Source of the DNA: an uncultured virus (IMG/VR IMGVR_UViG_3300020381_000001)
Lineage: Duplodnaviria; Heunggongvirae; Uroviricota; Caudoviricetes
DNA length: 63,145 nt
Strand: one strand, 5' to 3'
IMG/VR virus record: IMGVR_UViG_3300020381_000001
In this document: positions 37,108 to 46,897 of the stretch, piece by piece
Numbering within the stretch: the first letter of the stretch is position 1
How the letters are laid out: each line of letters starts with the position of its first letter
Program-made: the position numbers and the translations under genes
The notes under the pieces: generated by a model
Databases searched by the model: none
What the model was told of the DNA's origin: nothing
The model's input: only the letters and a program-made list of their open reading frames with translations

Positions 37108-37328
37108 TAGTCCAAAGAGTTAAATGGTCAAGTGCTGTTGTAATTCTGATTGCAATGGTATTTCATGTTATGGGTTGGACTCCTTGGAATAGCATTCTGC
37201 AAATGATTGGTGCTGCTGGATGGGTTTATGTTGGTTTTAAATCAGGAGAACGAGCAATTATCTTAAACTTTCTTCCACAATTTTTTATTATTATTCCTGG
37301 TCTTATTGTTCTTTATCATACAAAGTAA
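37104..37328 (+). CDS. Small multi-TM membrane protein
   Basis: Three hydrophobic segments; TTG start. Confidence 0.65.
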   Translation: MIVQRVKWSSAVVILIAMVFHVMGWTPWNSILQMIGAAGWVYVGFKSGERAIILNFLPQFFIIIPGLIVLYHTK

Positions 37329-37337
37329 ATTTTAATT

Positions 37338-37799
37338 ATGTCTGGAGACTACAACACACACAACAATCAACAACCAAATATAAATTACACTGATAATAAA
37401 GTTGACCTCAAAAAATACGCTATATTCGTGGATGGTGTCACATCCGATCCCAGTAAGGATTATCAATCTTTCCTTGAGAGTCTTAGTACCCTTGACGGAA
37501 AAGGTGCCAATATTCACAGGCTTCTTACTGCTGCTGTTGGGATTAGTGCTGAAGGTGGTGAGTTTATGGAGATCGTTAAGAAAGTTATTTTCCAAGGAAA
37601 ACCTTGGAACGATGATAATCGTGAGCACCTTGTTATTGAGTTGGGTGATGTTTGTTGGTACGTCATGCAGGCTTGTGCTGCCTTGAATGTAACTCTTGAT
37701 GAAGTGATAGAAGGTAATGTTAATAAATTAAAGAAGAGATATCCTGGTGGAGATTTCGATGTACACTATTCAGAAAACCGTAAGGAGGGAGACCGATGA
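37338..37799 (+). CDS. mazG: MazG nucleoside triphosphate pyrophosphohydrolase
   Basis: AEGGEFMEIVKK, ELGDVCWY and NVNKLKKRYP motifs. Confidence 0.93.
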   Translation: MSGDYNTHNNQQPNINYTDNKVDLKKYAIFVDGVTSDPSKDYQSFLESLSTLDGKGANIHRLLTAAVGISAEGGEFMEIVKKVIFQGKPWNDDNREHLVIELGDVCWYVMQACAALNVTLDEVIEGNVNKLKKRYPGGDFDVHYSENRKEGDR

Positions 37800-37999
37800 G
37801 AGAACAACTAATTAGAGCACTTTTAGCACATGCTAATGGAGACATTCAAAAACATGTTGCAAACGTAGAGGTTTATTTAACTAACCCTGCAGGTATCGGT
37901 GAGCATTCTGACATTACAGAAGCAATCGAAACTGAATTGAATATAATTGCCAAGTATCAAGATCAGATAGACATTATCAATAAATACTTCAAAAAGTAA
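37796..37999 (+). CDS. Conserved hypothetical protein
   Basis: ANVEVYLTNPAGIGEHSDI. Confidence 0.8.
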   Translation: MREQLIRALLAHANGDIQKHVANVEVYLTNPAGIGEHSDITEAIETELNIIAKYQDQIDIINKYFKK

Positions 38000-38008
38000 A
38001 TATTGGCA

Positions 38009-39616
38009 ATGGCTACCAAGATAACTACTGATGATATAGAAACTTATCTTGAGAAGTTAGGTAAGAAGGATTCTAAAGGCAAGGTTTATTTTGAGAGAAT
38101 ATTATTTAATATAAAAACTGCAAAAACAGGTGGTATACAGATTGTCTTAGATAGTCCTGATCATGAACAACTTTTAAAAAATTTTAAAAGTAAAATGATT
38201 AAAACTTTGATGGAAAAGTTTAAAGGTGGTTCTTTAGAAAAGAGAGTAGAAAAACTAAAAGGTGTAAACAAAAAAATAGATAATCCAGTTATTAGATTAA
38301 GATATCTTGATAATGGTGTAAGTCCAAGGTATATTGATTTTGATGTAAAAGAATATCCATCTAAAAAAGATGCTAAAGGTGGAAAGGTAGTTCCTCCAAC
38401 TATATCAGAACCAGCAACTAGGTTGATATTTAATGCAGCATTAAAATCTAAAGGTGAAATATTTCAAACCGCAGAAGACATCATAGTAAATGATGTTTAC
38501 AAAGATTTAGAAAAACTTTTTGGTAAACAATTTAGTCATAAGTTAGATAGTTGGATTTATACATTTCTTAAACAAAATGAATTGTTTTTTAAATATTATG
38601 GTTCAACTAAATGGTCTAAATTTAAACATAAAGATTATAAAAATGAAGATGATATGCAAGTATTTTTTTCAAAACATCTAAAAACTTTAACTATTTCTTC
38701 TACTAAAAAAGTGGGAAGAAATTATACACAATGGAATCCTGCTGATATTTGGGCAGTTAAAACAAAAGATCAAAAAAGTCTTGAAGATGAAATTACAAAG
38801 CAAACAGAAAATCCAAGTCCAGATAATTTATTGAAATTAAATGGTCATTTAATTAGATTGATTGAAAAAAAAGAATTGGTTGGAATATCCCTTAAAAAAA
38901 TTGATTCTGGTGGTAGTTTTAAACTATTCAATGTTGATACATCAAAAAATTTAACCAAACTTAAAACTTGGAAAGCATTGGATGAATTTGAAATGAAAGA
39001 TATTCGTTTTCAAATTCGAAATGTTTTTGAAAATAATCCTGGACAAGCTGATGCAAGAGCTGGTGCAAAAGCTTTTGGTGGTAAAGGTGTTGCAGCAACT
39101 ACTTATATTTACTTTGGTGAAAAATTTAGAGTTGATGTTACTAGAGGATCTGACGGACAATTGCAGTTTAATTCACAAATAGAAGGTGAGAAAGGAGCAC
39201 AAGGAGGACAATCACCAATTCAACCTCTTCTTAAAAGGTTAAAACATCAAAAATCTGGTGTAACTTTTGATAATAAATATAAGTCTTATCCTCAAAATGC
39301 AAATGAGTTTACTAAAATTATAAAGAATAACACATCTAAAGAGTATAAACAATACAAGGAATGGTTTAATTTAGTTTACAAACATCCTAAAAACAATTAT
39401 AAAGTTTCAATGAAATTTGAAGATTGGGCAAATAGTGTATATATGGCATATGAATCTCGTCAAAAAGAAGGTATAGCAAAAATGTCACTTTTAAATTTCT
39501 GGCACGATGCTCTAAAATATCATGATAAACAACCAGTATTTTGGACAGATATATTATACTTTGGTTTAAAGATTACAACTAAAGGACAATTCGGACCTCA
39601 CGCAAAGATATCTTAA
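38009..39616 (+). CDS. Hypothetical protein, putative PD-(D/E)xK-like nuclease
   Basis: WNPADIW...LVGISLKK motif; Lys-rich. Confidence 0.55.
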   Translation: MATKITTDDIETYLEKLGKKDSKGKVYFERILFNIKTAKTGGIQIVLDSPDHEQLLKNFKSKMIKTLMEKFKGGSLEKRVEKLKGVNKKIDNPVIRLRYLDNGVSPRYIDFDVKEYPSKKDAKGGKVVPPTISEPATRLIFNAALKSKGEIFQTAEDIIVNDVYKDLEKLFGKQFSHKLDSWIYTFLKQNELFFKYYGSTKWSKFKHKDYKNEDDMQVFFSKHLKTLTISSTKKVGRNYTQWNPADIWAVKTKDQKSLEDEITKQTENPSPDNLLKLNGHLIRLIEKKELVGISLKKIDSGGSFKLFNVDTSKNLTKLKTWKALDEFEMKDIRFQIRNVFENNPGQADARAGAKAFGGKGVAATTYIYFGEKFRVDVTRGSDGQLQFNSQIEGEKGAQGGQSPIQPLLKRLKHQKSGVTFDNKYKSYPQNANEFTKIIKNNTSKEYKQYKEWFNLVYKHPKNNYKVSMKFEDWANSVYMAYESRQKEGIAKMSLLNFWHDALKYHDKQPVFWTDILYFGLKITTKGQFGPHAKIS

Positions 39617-39617
39617 T

Positions 39618-40796
39618 ATGGCAACTAACGCTCAAGAAACAGCAAAACAAGAAAACGGATCAAGAGTATTTTTTGAATCTGTTATAGAAAAGGGTAAAGA
39701 ACCATCTGCAAAAGAAATGCTAAAGATATATGATGGTTATAGTATAGAATGGAAGATAACATATCAAAAACAAGTTGATGCTGTAAAAAGTTATATTGGA
39801 AAACAGAAAGGATATGAATACTCCAGAGATAGAGGTATAATGCCTTTTATTGAAAACATAGCAAAAACTGATTGTGGTGTATCAGTTAAGGACAGATGGG
39901 ATCCTATGGATATTGTAATGGTAAAGAAAAATATGAAGAAGACTATAGAAGGAACGATTCGTGAATTGACAAATATGAAAGGTATGTCAAAAGATGCCAA
40001 TCTTCTTATTTTGAATGCTTATATGAGAGAGGCATTAAAGGATAAAATTTTAATAGGAATTTCTTTAAAGGCGATTAAATTAAATAAGTTAAAAGCAAAT
40101 GTAGAATTGGCAAATATGAGAGATGATAAGTCTACTCGTGTTAATATTAAACCCATTGATGGATCTCTAAAATGCACACTTACATTAGGTAAAAAGGCAA
40201 ATTACTTGTTTGATACTGGAGAATTAGGATTTGATTTAAAAACAGAATCTGGTGCAGAAATACATGGTCAGACACGTAGTTTTCAATATTCGAAAGCAAG
40301 AAATGTAAGTCAGACTGATTTAACTCCGAAAGGTAGAGATGCTGGTGCTAAACTTGGTAAAGTTTCCAGTATTGCGTTAGATGATTTTTTAGAGAGTAAC
40401 AGTTTAGAAAGACCTTCATCTGCATCTAGACATCCACATATCCCTTTAGTTGGTAAATGGAAAGATACTGATAAGAAATATTGGATAGATTTGTATAATG
40501 AATTAAAAGATTCTACTTATGAAATAGACTTTGGTGAGATTGCAGTCTATGAAAATAATGTTAAGATAGGAGATACGTTTGAAGAAATATTAAATAAATC
40601 AATTGAATATGAAACTGGAAATAAGGATAGAAGTTCTGCTGGAAGATTTTCTTCTAAATTAATTTCTATGGAATGGGCACATATATGGTCAGAAATAGCA
40701 TCAAAAGATAAACTAGAAGAGTGGTGTAGAGTTCTATATTATGGTGCTAAAAAAGAATTTTCTTCTAACAACGGTCCTTTTTTGAAAATATACTAA
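39618..40796 (+). CDS. Hypothetical protein, distant paralog of the upstream gene (putative nuclease)
   Basis: QE motif, WDPMDIV...LIGISLKA, C-terminal GPFLKIY versus GPHAKIS. Confidence 0.55.
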   Translation: MATNAQETAKQENGSRVFFESVIEKGKEPSAKEMLKIYDGYSIEWKITYQKQVDAVKSYIGKQKGYEYSRDRGIMPFIENIAKTDCGVSVKDRWDPMDIVMVKKNMKKTIEGTIRELTNMKGMSKDANLLILNAYMREALKDKILIGISLKAIKLNKLKANVELANMRDDKSTRVNIKPIDGSLKCTLTLGKKANYLFDTGELGFDLKTESGAEIHGQTRSFQYSKARNVSQTDLTPKGRDAGAKLGKVSSIALDDFLESNSLERPSSASRHPHIPLVGKWKDTDKKYWIDLYNELKDSTYEIDFGEIAVYENNVKIGDTFEEILNKSIEYETGNKDRSSAGRFSSKLISMEWAHIWSEIASKDKLEEWCRVLYYGAKKEFSSNNGPFLKIY

Positions 40797-41020
40797 TGAA
40801 TAAAACAATCGAACAACTAATACAATCCTTTGAACCTCGGTCAAGAAATCGAAAACAAATCTTTAATGATTTTTTACATCATTGTTTTATGACCATTGAT
40901 AAAACGATTACTTCTGAAAAACGTAAACGTAATCAGGATAAATATATTATTATGAGGCAAAATCTCATTAACTATCTTATCGCCAACGAAAGAAAAGTAA
41001 CACCCAAACTTTATAAATGA
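40796..41020 (+). CDS. Hypothetical protein
   Basis: Coupled ORF. Confidence 0.6.
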   Translation: MNKTIEQLIQSFEPRSRNRKQIFNDFLHHCFMTIDKTITSEKRKRNQDKYIIMRQNLINYLIANERKVTPKLYK

Positions 41021-42231
41021 AATCATTTTTCCAATTTTTTACTGAATCACAGGCAGTTCAACAAGCCACACGTATGGGTTTAAAGACTGATGGTCATGGA
41101 GGGTGGTATGATAAGAAGGGAGAATTTGTAGCAAAAACAGAGAAAGGACAACTTAAATTTTTTAATAAAAGACAGAAGATAGGTAAGCAAGATCCACCAC
41201 AATCAGAAAAAGAAAGAAAATTATCACAAACAACATCTGCGTCTGCAGCAAAAGCAGAACCTGCATCACAGGCAGAAAAACCAATTGAGATGATTCCACC
41301 AGAGGTGGAGAAAACTAAGGGAACTTTGACAATTGCATTTGGTAGATTTAATCCACCAACCACAGGACATCAAAAACTTTTAGATACTGTTGCAACATCT
41401 TCTGATGATGGTGATTATGTAATTGTTCCATCAAGGAGTCAAGATAAGAAAAAAAATCCATTAGATGCTGATAGTAAAGTTGAAGTTATGAAACAAATGT
41501 TTCCAAATCATAGTGGAAAGATTGTTAATGATCCTGCGAATAGAACTATATTTGATGTAATGAAAAAAGCACATGCTGATGGATATGCAAATGTTAGAAT
41601 TGTTGGTGGTAGTGATCGTGTTGGAGAGTTTGAGAAATTAACTGGAACTTATAATAAAAAACTTTATGATTTTGATAAAATTGAAGTTCGTTCTGCTGGA
41701 GATCGTGATGCTGATGGTGAAGGATTAGAGGGAATGTCTGCATCAAAGCAAAGAAAGTATGCAGCAGATAATGATTTGAAAGGATTTTTACAAGGTGTAC
41801 CAACCTCTATGAATCGTGAAATGGCAAAACAATTATTTCAAAATGTTCGTGCTGGAATGAAGATTGAGGAGGGATGGAACTTATGGCAGATTGCACCTAA
41901 GTTTGATTGGAAAAATTTAAGAGAGAATTATATCAACAAAAAGATATTTAAGATGGGACAAATTGTAGAGAATGTTAATACAGGTTTAATTGGTAAGATT
42001 ATTCGTAGAGGAACAAGTTATTTGATATGTGTTACAGAAGATAAAATCATGTTTAAATCGTGGATAAAAGATGTATCTGAGGCAGTTGTAAATGGATCTG
42101 ATGTGGGTGGAGTTCCACCAGATCAAAGATTAGTTGGTACTGATTCACATCGTAAATATGTAGAGACAATGGTGCCTGGAAGTTCTTACGGAAAACAATT
42201 CATAAATAAATATAGAAAAAAGAAAAATTGA
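41017..42231 (+). CDS. HIGH-family nucleotidyltransferase with a capsid-targeting-like N-terminus
   Basis: MKSFFQFFTE start, FGRFNPPTTGHQKL, KNPL, VGGSDR and MSASKQR motifs. Confidence 0.8.
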   Translation: MKSFFQFFTESQAVQQATRMGLKTDGHGGWYDKKGEFVAKTEKGQLKFFNKRQKIGKQDPPQSEKERKLSQTTSASAAKAEPASQAEKPIEMIPPEVEKTKGTLTIAFGRFNPPTTGHQKLLDTVATSSDDGDYVIVPSRSQDKKKNPLDADSKVEVMKQMFPNHSGKIVNDPANRTIFDVMKKAHADGYANVRIVGGSDRVGEFEKLTGTYNKKLYDFDKIEVRSAGDRDADGEGLEGMSASKQRKYAADNDLKGFLQGVPTSMNREMAKQLFQNVRAGMKIEEGWNLWQIAPKFDWKNLRENYINKKIFKMGQIVENVNTGLIGKIIRRGTSYLICVTEDKIMFKSWIKDVSEAVVNGSDVGGVPPDQRLVGTDSHRKYVETMVPGSSYGKQFINKYRKKKN

Positions 42232-42239
42232 CACGAAAA

Positions 42240-43835
42240 ATGGGTAACATAATATCTGAAGATGCTGCTAATGCACCACAAGCGGGAACTGGTGCTGCAG
42301 ATAAAATTCGTAAATCAGCACGTCAACTTGCATATGATGTTAGATATAAAGTCAAGCAAGGATTTAAGGATGGCCAGAAAGCAGATCCAGTTTCTTTGAA
42401 AAGAGCTTATCTTTCTCAATTAGGGAAATCCCCTGCACCTGGTAATGTGAAGCAGTTGGCTAAAAAAATGTTAGTTGGTGAGGAGTATGATTTTGTTGAT
42501 GTGTCAAATAGTATTTCGAAGTTGGTTAATAAGGCATTTATAGAGCATCATCAGAAAGATAAAGATGGTAATACAATCCCACATGAAGATGAGATAAAAG
42601 AAGAATCTGAAGGTGGAAAGTATAAAATTCGTGTTAAAGATAAGAAGAGTGGTAAGTCATATGTTCGTATGGCAGATCGTGCAAAGATTTCAGAATTAAG
42701 AAAGAATCCAAATATTGCATCTGTTGAAATGACTGGATATGGAACTCCATATGAAGGTGAGAAGAAAAAGGGAGAACAAACTGCAAAAACAAAATCAGGT
42801 AAAGGTTTAGATCCAGTTGGAAAAGAAGACGGTGATGTCAACAATGATGGTAAAAAAGATAAAACAGATTCTTATCTAATGAATCGTCGTAAGGCAATTG
42901 GTAAGGCAATGACAAAGGAAGAGTTCATTGGTGAAGTCGCAGAAACAGATAAGGTTGATGCGAACACTAAAAAAATTGATGTGATGAAGGGTAAGAATAG
43001 TATTAAAATAAATCCTGATATGAAAGAAGAGAAACATGATGATAAGAAAAAAGAAGAGGAGGATGAAGGTAGTTTTGATGCAATGAAAACATTGAAACCT
43101 AAAGAGGGTGGTGATCCAAGAGAAATGCCTACACTTGTCAGATTAATGAAAAATAAATTGAGAGCTAAAGGTTTGAATATGTCATTCAAATTAAATGGTG
43201 AATTAGTTGATGAGATGTATGGTTCTGGTGATGAAGAAAAACCTGATAAGTCAATCGAAACCCAAGAGAAAAAAGCAAACCAAATCAAAAAAATGGTATT
43301 GCGTAAGAAAATTCAGGCAGTAGCTTCTGGTGCAGGAAAAGAAATCATGGCATCAAAGGAAGTTGATGGTGAATTAGTTGAGCAAGAGAAGTCTTATTAC
43401 ATAGACAAGGAAGCAGAAAAACGAGGAATGGAAAGAGAATCTCGTAGAGCACAAAACAAAGCAGCAGCAAAAGAAAGAGCAGCACAAAAAAGAAGATCAG
43501 AAAGAAATCAACTTAGAAGACAGGGACAGTATGGTGCACAAGGAAAATATTATGTAACTAAACATATGGAGAAAGAGGAAGTTAATCCAACAGTTCAGTC
43601 AGCATTGGATTCTCTAAACTCAATAGTAAAAAAAAACTCTAATCTAGGTGAAGAAGGGTATGACATCGCAAGAGACCAAGGAAAAGTAAGACCATCTAAG
43701 GATAAAAAAGATGCGACTACAATGCCAGTAAGTGATGAAATGAAAAAGACACAGAAGGTAAATACAGGACCTTCTGCGGCTGAAATTGTGAGACAGAAGT
43801 ATGGCAAAGCAATTATGGGTATGGGTAAAAAATAA
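42240..43835 (+). CDS. Highly charged modular protein, probable internal head protein
   Basis: K/E-rich; LDPVGKEDGDVNNDG module; repeated GELVxE; late-promoter-like ATAAATA upstream. Confidence 0.7.
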   Translation: MGNIISEDAANAPQAGTGAADKIRKSARQLAYDVRYKVKQGFKDGQKADPVSLKRAYLSQLGKSPAPGNVKQLAKKMLVGEEYDFVDVSNSISKLVNKAFIEHHQKDKDGNTIPHEDEIKEESEGGKYKIRVKDKKSGKSYVRMADRAKISELRKNPNIASVEMTGYGTPYEGEKKKGEQTAKTKSGKGLDPVGKEDGDVNNDGKKDKTDSYLMNRRKAIGKAMTKEEFIGEVAETDKVDANTKKIDVMKGKNSIKINPDMKEEKHDDKKKEEEDEGSFDAMKTLKPKEGGDPREMPTLVRLMKNKLRAKGLNMSFKLNGELVDEMYGSGDEEKPDKSIETQEKKANQIKKMVLRKKIQAVASGAGKEIMASKEVDGELVEQEKSYYIDKEAEKRGMERESRRAQNKAAAKERAAQKRRSERNQLRRQGQYGAQGKYYVTKHMEKEEVNPTVQSALDSLNSIVKKNSNLGEEGYDIARDQGKVRPSKDKKDATTMPVSDEMKKTQKVNTGPSAAEIVRQKYGKAIMGMGKK

Positions 43836-44203
43836 TGCCAGCATTATCTAAGAAACAACAAAAGTTTTTTGGAATTGTTCGTGCCATACAAAAGGGAGAG
43901 CAAGCTCCAACCACACCTGAGACTGCAAAAGCTGCAGCAGATATGAAGAAGGGTGACGTTAAAAAGTTTGCATCTACAAAACACAAAGGTCTTCCTGAGA
44001 AGAAAAGAATAAAAGAGCAATTATCATATCAACATTTCATTAAAAAAGCAAAACAATCTTCAGAAAAAATGAAACAAGATAAACAGAAAAATAGAGAAAT
44101 GGCAGCAGCATCTGCCTACCAAGATAAAAAAGGAAAAGGAATTAAGTTCTACGACAAGAAAGGAGCAGGTAGAATGAAGGATGGTAAAAAAATTTACGAT
44201 TAG
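43835..44203 (+). CDS. Basic protein (DUF3008-like)
   Basis: MPALSKKQQKF...FASTKHKGLPEK. Confidence 0.7.
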   Translation: MPALSKKQQKFFGIVRAIQKGEQAPTTPETAKAAADMKKGDVKKFASTKHKGLPEKKRIKEQLSYQHFIKKAKQSSEKMKQDKQKNREMAAASAYQDKKGKGIKFYDKKGAGRMKDGKKIYD

Positions 44204-44233
44204 TCGCTATATAATATAGTATACTAATTAATT

Positions 44234-44422
44234 ATGACTAAATTTTTACTACCTATTGCTATCAACATTATAGACAAAGCAGTAGATAAAATTCCAGAAG
44301 ACCTAGAGGAAAAAATCAAGGTGTTCGTTATCGCACTTCTTAAGAAGGCTGCTGCCAAATCAGGCAACAAAGTAGATGATAAACTAGTGGAGGCACTAGA
44401 GAAGGCTCTACTAGGTTCTTAA
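44234..44422 (+). CDS. Small helical hypothetical protein
   Basis: SGNKVDDKLVEAL motif. Confidence 0.7.
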   Translation: MTKFLLPIAINIIDKAVDKIPEDLEEKIKVFVIALLKKAAAKSGNKVDDKLVEALEKALLGS

Positions 44423-44425
44423 GTT

Positions 44426-44433
44426 TATAAATA
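44426..44433 (+). promoter_or_regulatory. T4-type late promoter TATAAATA
   Basis: Exact consensus. Confidence 0.75.
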
Positions 44434-44465
44434 TCTTTAGTAAAAAAGATTAATCGGGGAAAACA

Positions 44466-45569
44466 ATGTCTCTTTGGGGAAATAACGATAATAAACTTTC
44501 AGATGGAACAGTATCGGTGAACCATGCTAACCGTACTGTGATTGGAAGTGGAACTACCTTTGGAGGTGGTGTTGGGTATGCGGCCACTGGTGACATCATA
44601 AGATTTGGTGCACCATTTGGTGGAGTTACTGGTTACTTTGGGGAAGCAGTTATTATAGGTATCGCAGGAACTCAATCAATTGTAATTGATTCAACTGCAG
44701 GTTTGAGTCCACAAGAAATAGACTCTCAACAATATCAGATAACACAGTCTCCAAAGTCTTCTGTTACTGATGCAGCATTTAATAAGTTTTCAAGGGCAGT
44801 CACTCAACGTGGAGATCTTAAATTATCAACAACTATTAATGCAAATGTTGCTATCGGTGCTACTACGATAGTCGTTAATAGTGATGCTGCTACTGCAGGG
44901 GTAGGAACAGACGATGTTGTTGTAATACATCATCCTAATGTAAGATCTCAATTTGCAGAAGTTTATAGTGGACCAAGTGGTGTTTCAGCAGGAGTCAGCA
45001 CCGTCATTATTAAAAAAGCTTTAAAAGCAATAAACGGTACATATAAAACTGACGGTAGTGCATACAACTCTGGAGTTAGTGTAGTAAACCTACAAGACGC
45101 AACTGTTCGTTCAATTCTTGATGGTGAAGCATTCGCATCAGGAATTAGAGATCTAGGAAAAGGAGATACATTCACAGCTGGTACTAATAGTATTGGTATT
45201 GGAACTATCCAATTCTTAACTGATGGTGTAACTGCATCTGTCACTTTAGATACTCCATTAACTCAAACCATTGCTGCTAATCCTTTTGGAGCAACAGTAA
45301 TCGTAAAGAGAGGTGGTATCGCTGGTGGTGAAATTGACTTTAGAGGTAAAGAAAGTATCTCTGGTGATGAAACACAAGTTGTTGGTGTCGCAACTGCAGG
45401 TGTAAGGAATGCAAATCAAACTGCTTTTGAAACAGGAGCAGGATGGGTTGGTGTTCAAACCTACAGAGACTTTGAAGGAAATCTAAGAGTTAAAAAAGAA
45501 ATATTGGTTGCGATGTCTGGAATTCAGACTGGTAATACACCAATCTACGATGGAAACCCATTTGCATAA
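44466..45569 (+). CDS. Virion structural protein
   Basis: MSLWG N-terminus, AGWVGV.TY.D..GNLRVK.EILVAMS C-terminus; G/T/V-rich; late promoter upstream. Confidence 0.8.
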   Translation: MSLWGNNDNKLSDGTVSVNHANRTVIGSGTTFGGGVGYAATGDIIRFGAPFGGVTGYFGEAVIIGIAGTQSIVIDSTAGLSPQEIDSQQYQITQSPKSSVTDAAFNKFSRAVTQRGDLKLSTTINANVAIGATTIVVNSDAATAGVGTDDVVVIHHPNVRSQFAEVYSGPSGVSAGVSTVIIKKALKAINGTYKTDGSAYNSGVSVVNLQDATVRSILDGEAFASGIRDLGKGDTFTAGTNSIGIGTIQFLTDGVTASVTLDTPLTQTIAANPFGATVIVKRGGIAGGEIDFRGKESISGDETQVVGVATAGVRNANQTAFETGAGWVGVQTYRDFEGNLRVKKEILVAMSGIQTGNTPIYDGNPFA

Positions 45570-45575
45570 TATGGT

Positions 45576-45947
45576 ATGAAGTTTGATGAATTGAATGAGA
45601 GTAACTACTTGCTCTTTGCTATAAAATTCTATGATAATCCACAATCAGTCACAAAGGAAGACTTTGAGGATGATTTGAAACGGATTAAATATATTAAACG
45701 ATTGTTAAAAAGATATCAAAACAATGGTGAACTTAAAGTTCATCTGATACTTAATCATTTAACAGTGTTGTTTAACGTCTTTAATGAAGCAGCAGTTCCT
45801 ATATTATTTTACAATTTAGAGAAAGATCTCTGGCCAAGTATAAAAAGTTTTTTAATTTTTTTAGGTAGAATACCAGAGTATCCAAGAACTCAAATCAATG
45901 ATATCGAAGAAGATCCTGAGTGTTTATCTCAATTACGTTCTCTGTAA
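45576..45947 (+). CDS. Conserved T4-like hypothetical protein
   Basis: YDNPQ...EDFEDDLKRIKYIKRLL...LILNH. Confidence 0.8.
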   Translation: MKFDELNESNYLLFAIKFYDNPQSVTKEDFEDDLKRIKYIKRLLKRYQNNGELKVHLILNHLTVLFNVFNEAAVPILFYNLEKDLWPSIKSFLIFLGRIPEYPRTQINDIEEDPECLSQLRSL

Positions 45948-46468
45948 TGGACATCGAAAGATTTATTAAAAAAATAAGAGATATAAAAGAAGCTGCACCA
46001 ACAAATTCTTCTGGTGCTGATGGATTCAGTAGCACTGCAACTGCTTCAGGTCCTGTAGCTGGATATGATAAAAGATTATTCACTCCAACTGATGATCTAC
46101 TTTCTCAGGATTATCAAACACCAGGTGAATCTGGTTTATCATTGTATAGATTTTCTGATGTATATCCTGTTGAAAAAGTTACTGAATTGGATGTTGATGA
46201 TATGGTAGATGCATCAAAAAAATATGATAAATTAGTTGATGAACAAAGATTTGGTAGAAGAAATTATATGCAAGATAAGTTACAAAAAGTTATTGATACA
46301 ATTAGATCACTGAAGGAAGAGATGGGTGCTGGTGGAATACCAGCTAACAATGCGAGTAGTGGTAATATTGCAGGACTACCACCTGATCAACCACCAGTTA
46401 AAAAGAAAAAAAAGTATATCTATGGTGGTCATGGATCAAGAAAAATGTGGTTGGCTAATAAGAAATAA
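45947..46468 (+). CDS. Hypothetical protein
   Basis: APTNS..., GPVAGYD, GNIAGLPPDQPPV. Confidence 0.75.
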   Translation: MDIERFIKKIRDIKEAAPTNSSGADGFSSTATASGPVAGYDKRLFTPTDDLLSQDYQTPGESGLSLYRFSDVYPVEKVTELDVDDMVDASKKYDKLVDEQRFGRRNYMQDKLQKVIDTIRSLKEEMGAGGIPANNASSGNIAGLPPDQPPVKKKKKYIYGGHGSRKMWLANKK

Positions 46469-46498
46469 TAAATATATTGGAAGTATAAACACCTAGAA

Positions 46499-46885
46499 GT
46501 GGAAGACAATAATAACGTCAATGCTGCAATACTCGAAAGACTTGAGAAAGTTGTTCAATCTCTACAGGAAAACTCTGTGAAGATGGGGCAACTTCTTGCT
46601 GTTCATGACGAGAAGTTAACTAAACAAGATCGTATTGATGCAGTATTATTTGAGAAGATTGAGCAGGTGGATGTAAAATTAGATCGTCATGCTAATGATA
46701 TTAAGAAAGGATGTGAGAGAGATATAAGACTTGTAGACAGTCGTTTGAGGTTAATAGAGAAGAAGATGTGGTCAATATTTGGTGGTCTTGCTATAATATC
46801 TTTTGTTGTAAGTCCAATAGGTCAAAGAATTATTAAACCAGTGTTGACTCAAGCACCAGTTTCGAGTATAATAATAGAAAAGTAA
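46499..46885 (+). CDS. Coiled-coil protein with a C-terminal TM segment
   Basis: LLAVHDEKL coiled coil and WSIFGGLAIISFVV. Confidence 0.75.
   Translation: MEDNNNVNAAILERLEKVVQSLQENSVKMGQLLAVHDEKLTKQDRIDAVLFEKIEQVDVKLDRHANDIKKGCERDIRLVDSRLRLIEKKMWSIFGGLAIISFVVSPIGQRIIKPVLTQAPVSSIIIEK
46844..46872 (+). promoter_or_regulatory. Sigma70-like promoter for the primase/nrd operon
   Basis: TTGACT-17 nt-TATAAT. Confidence 0.7.
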
Positions 46886-46897
46886 TTAAACTTTATA

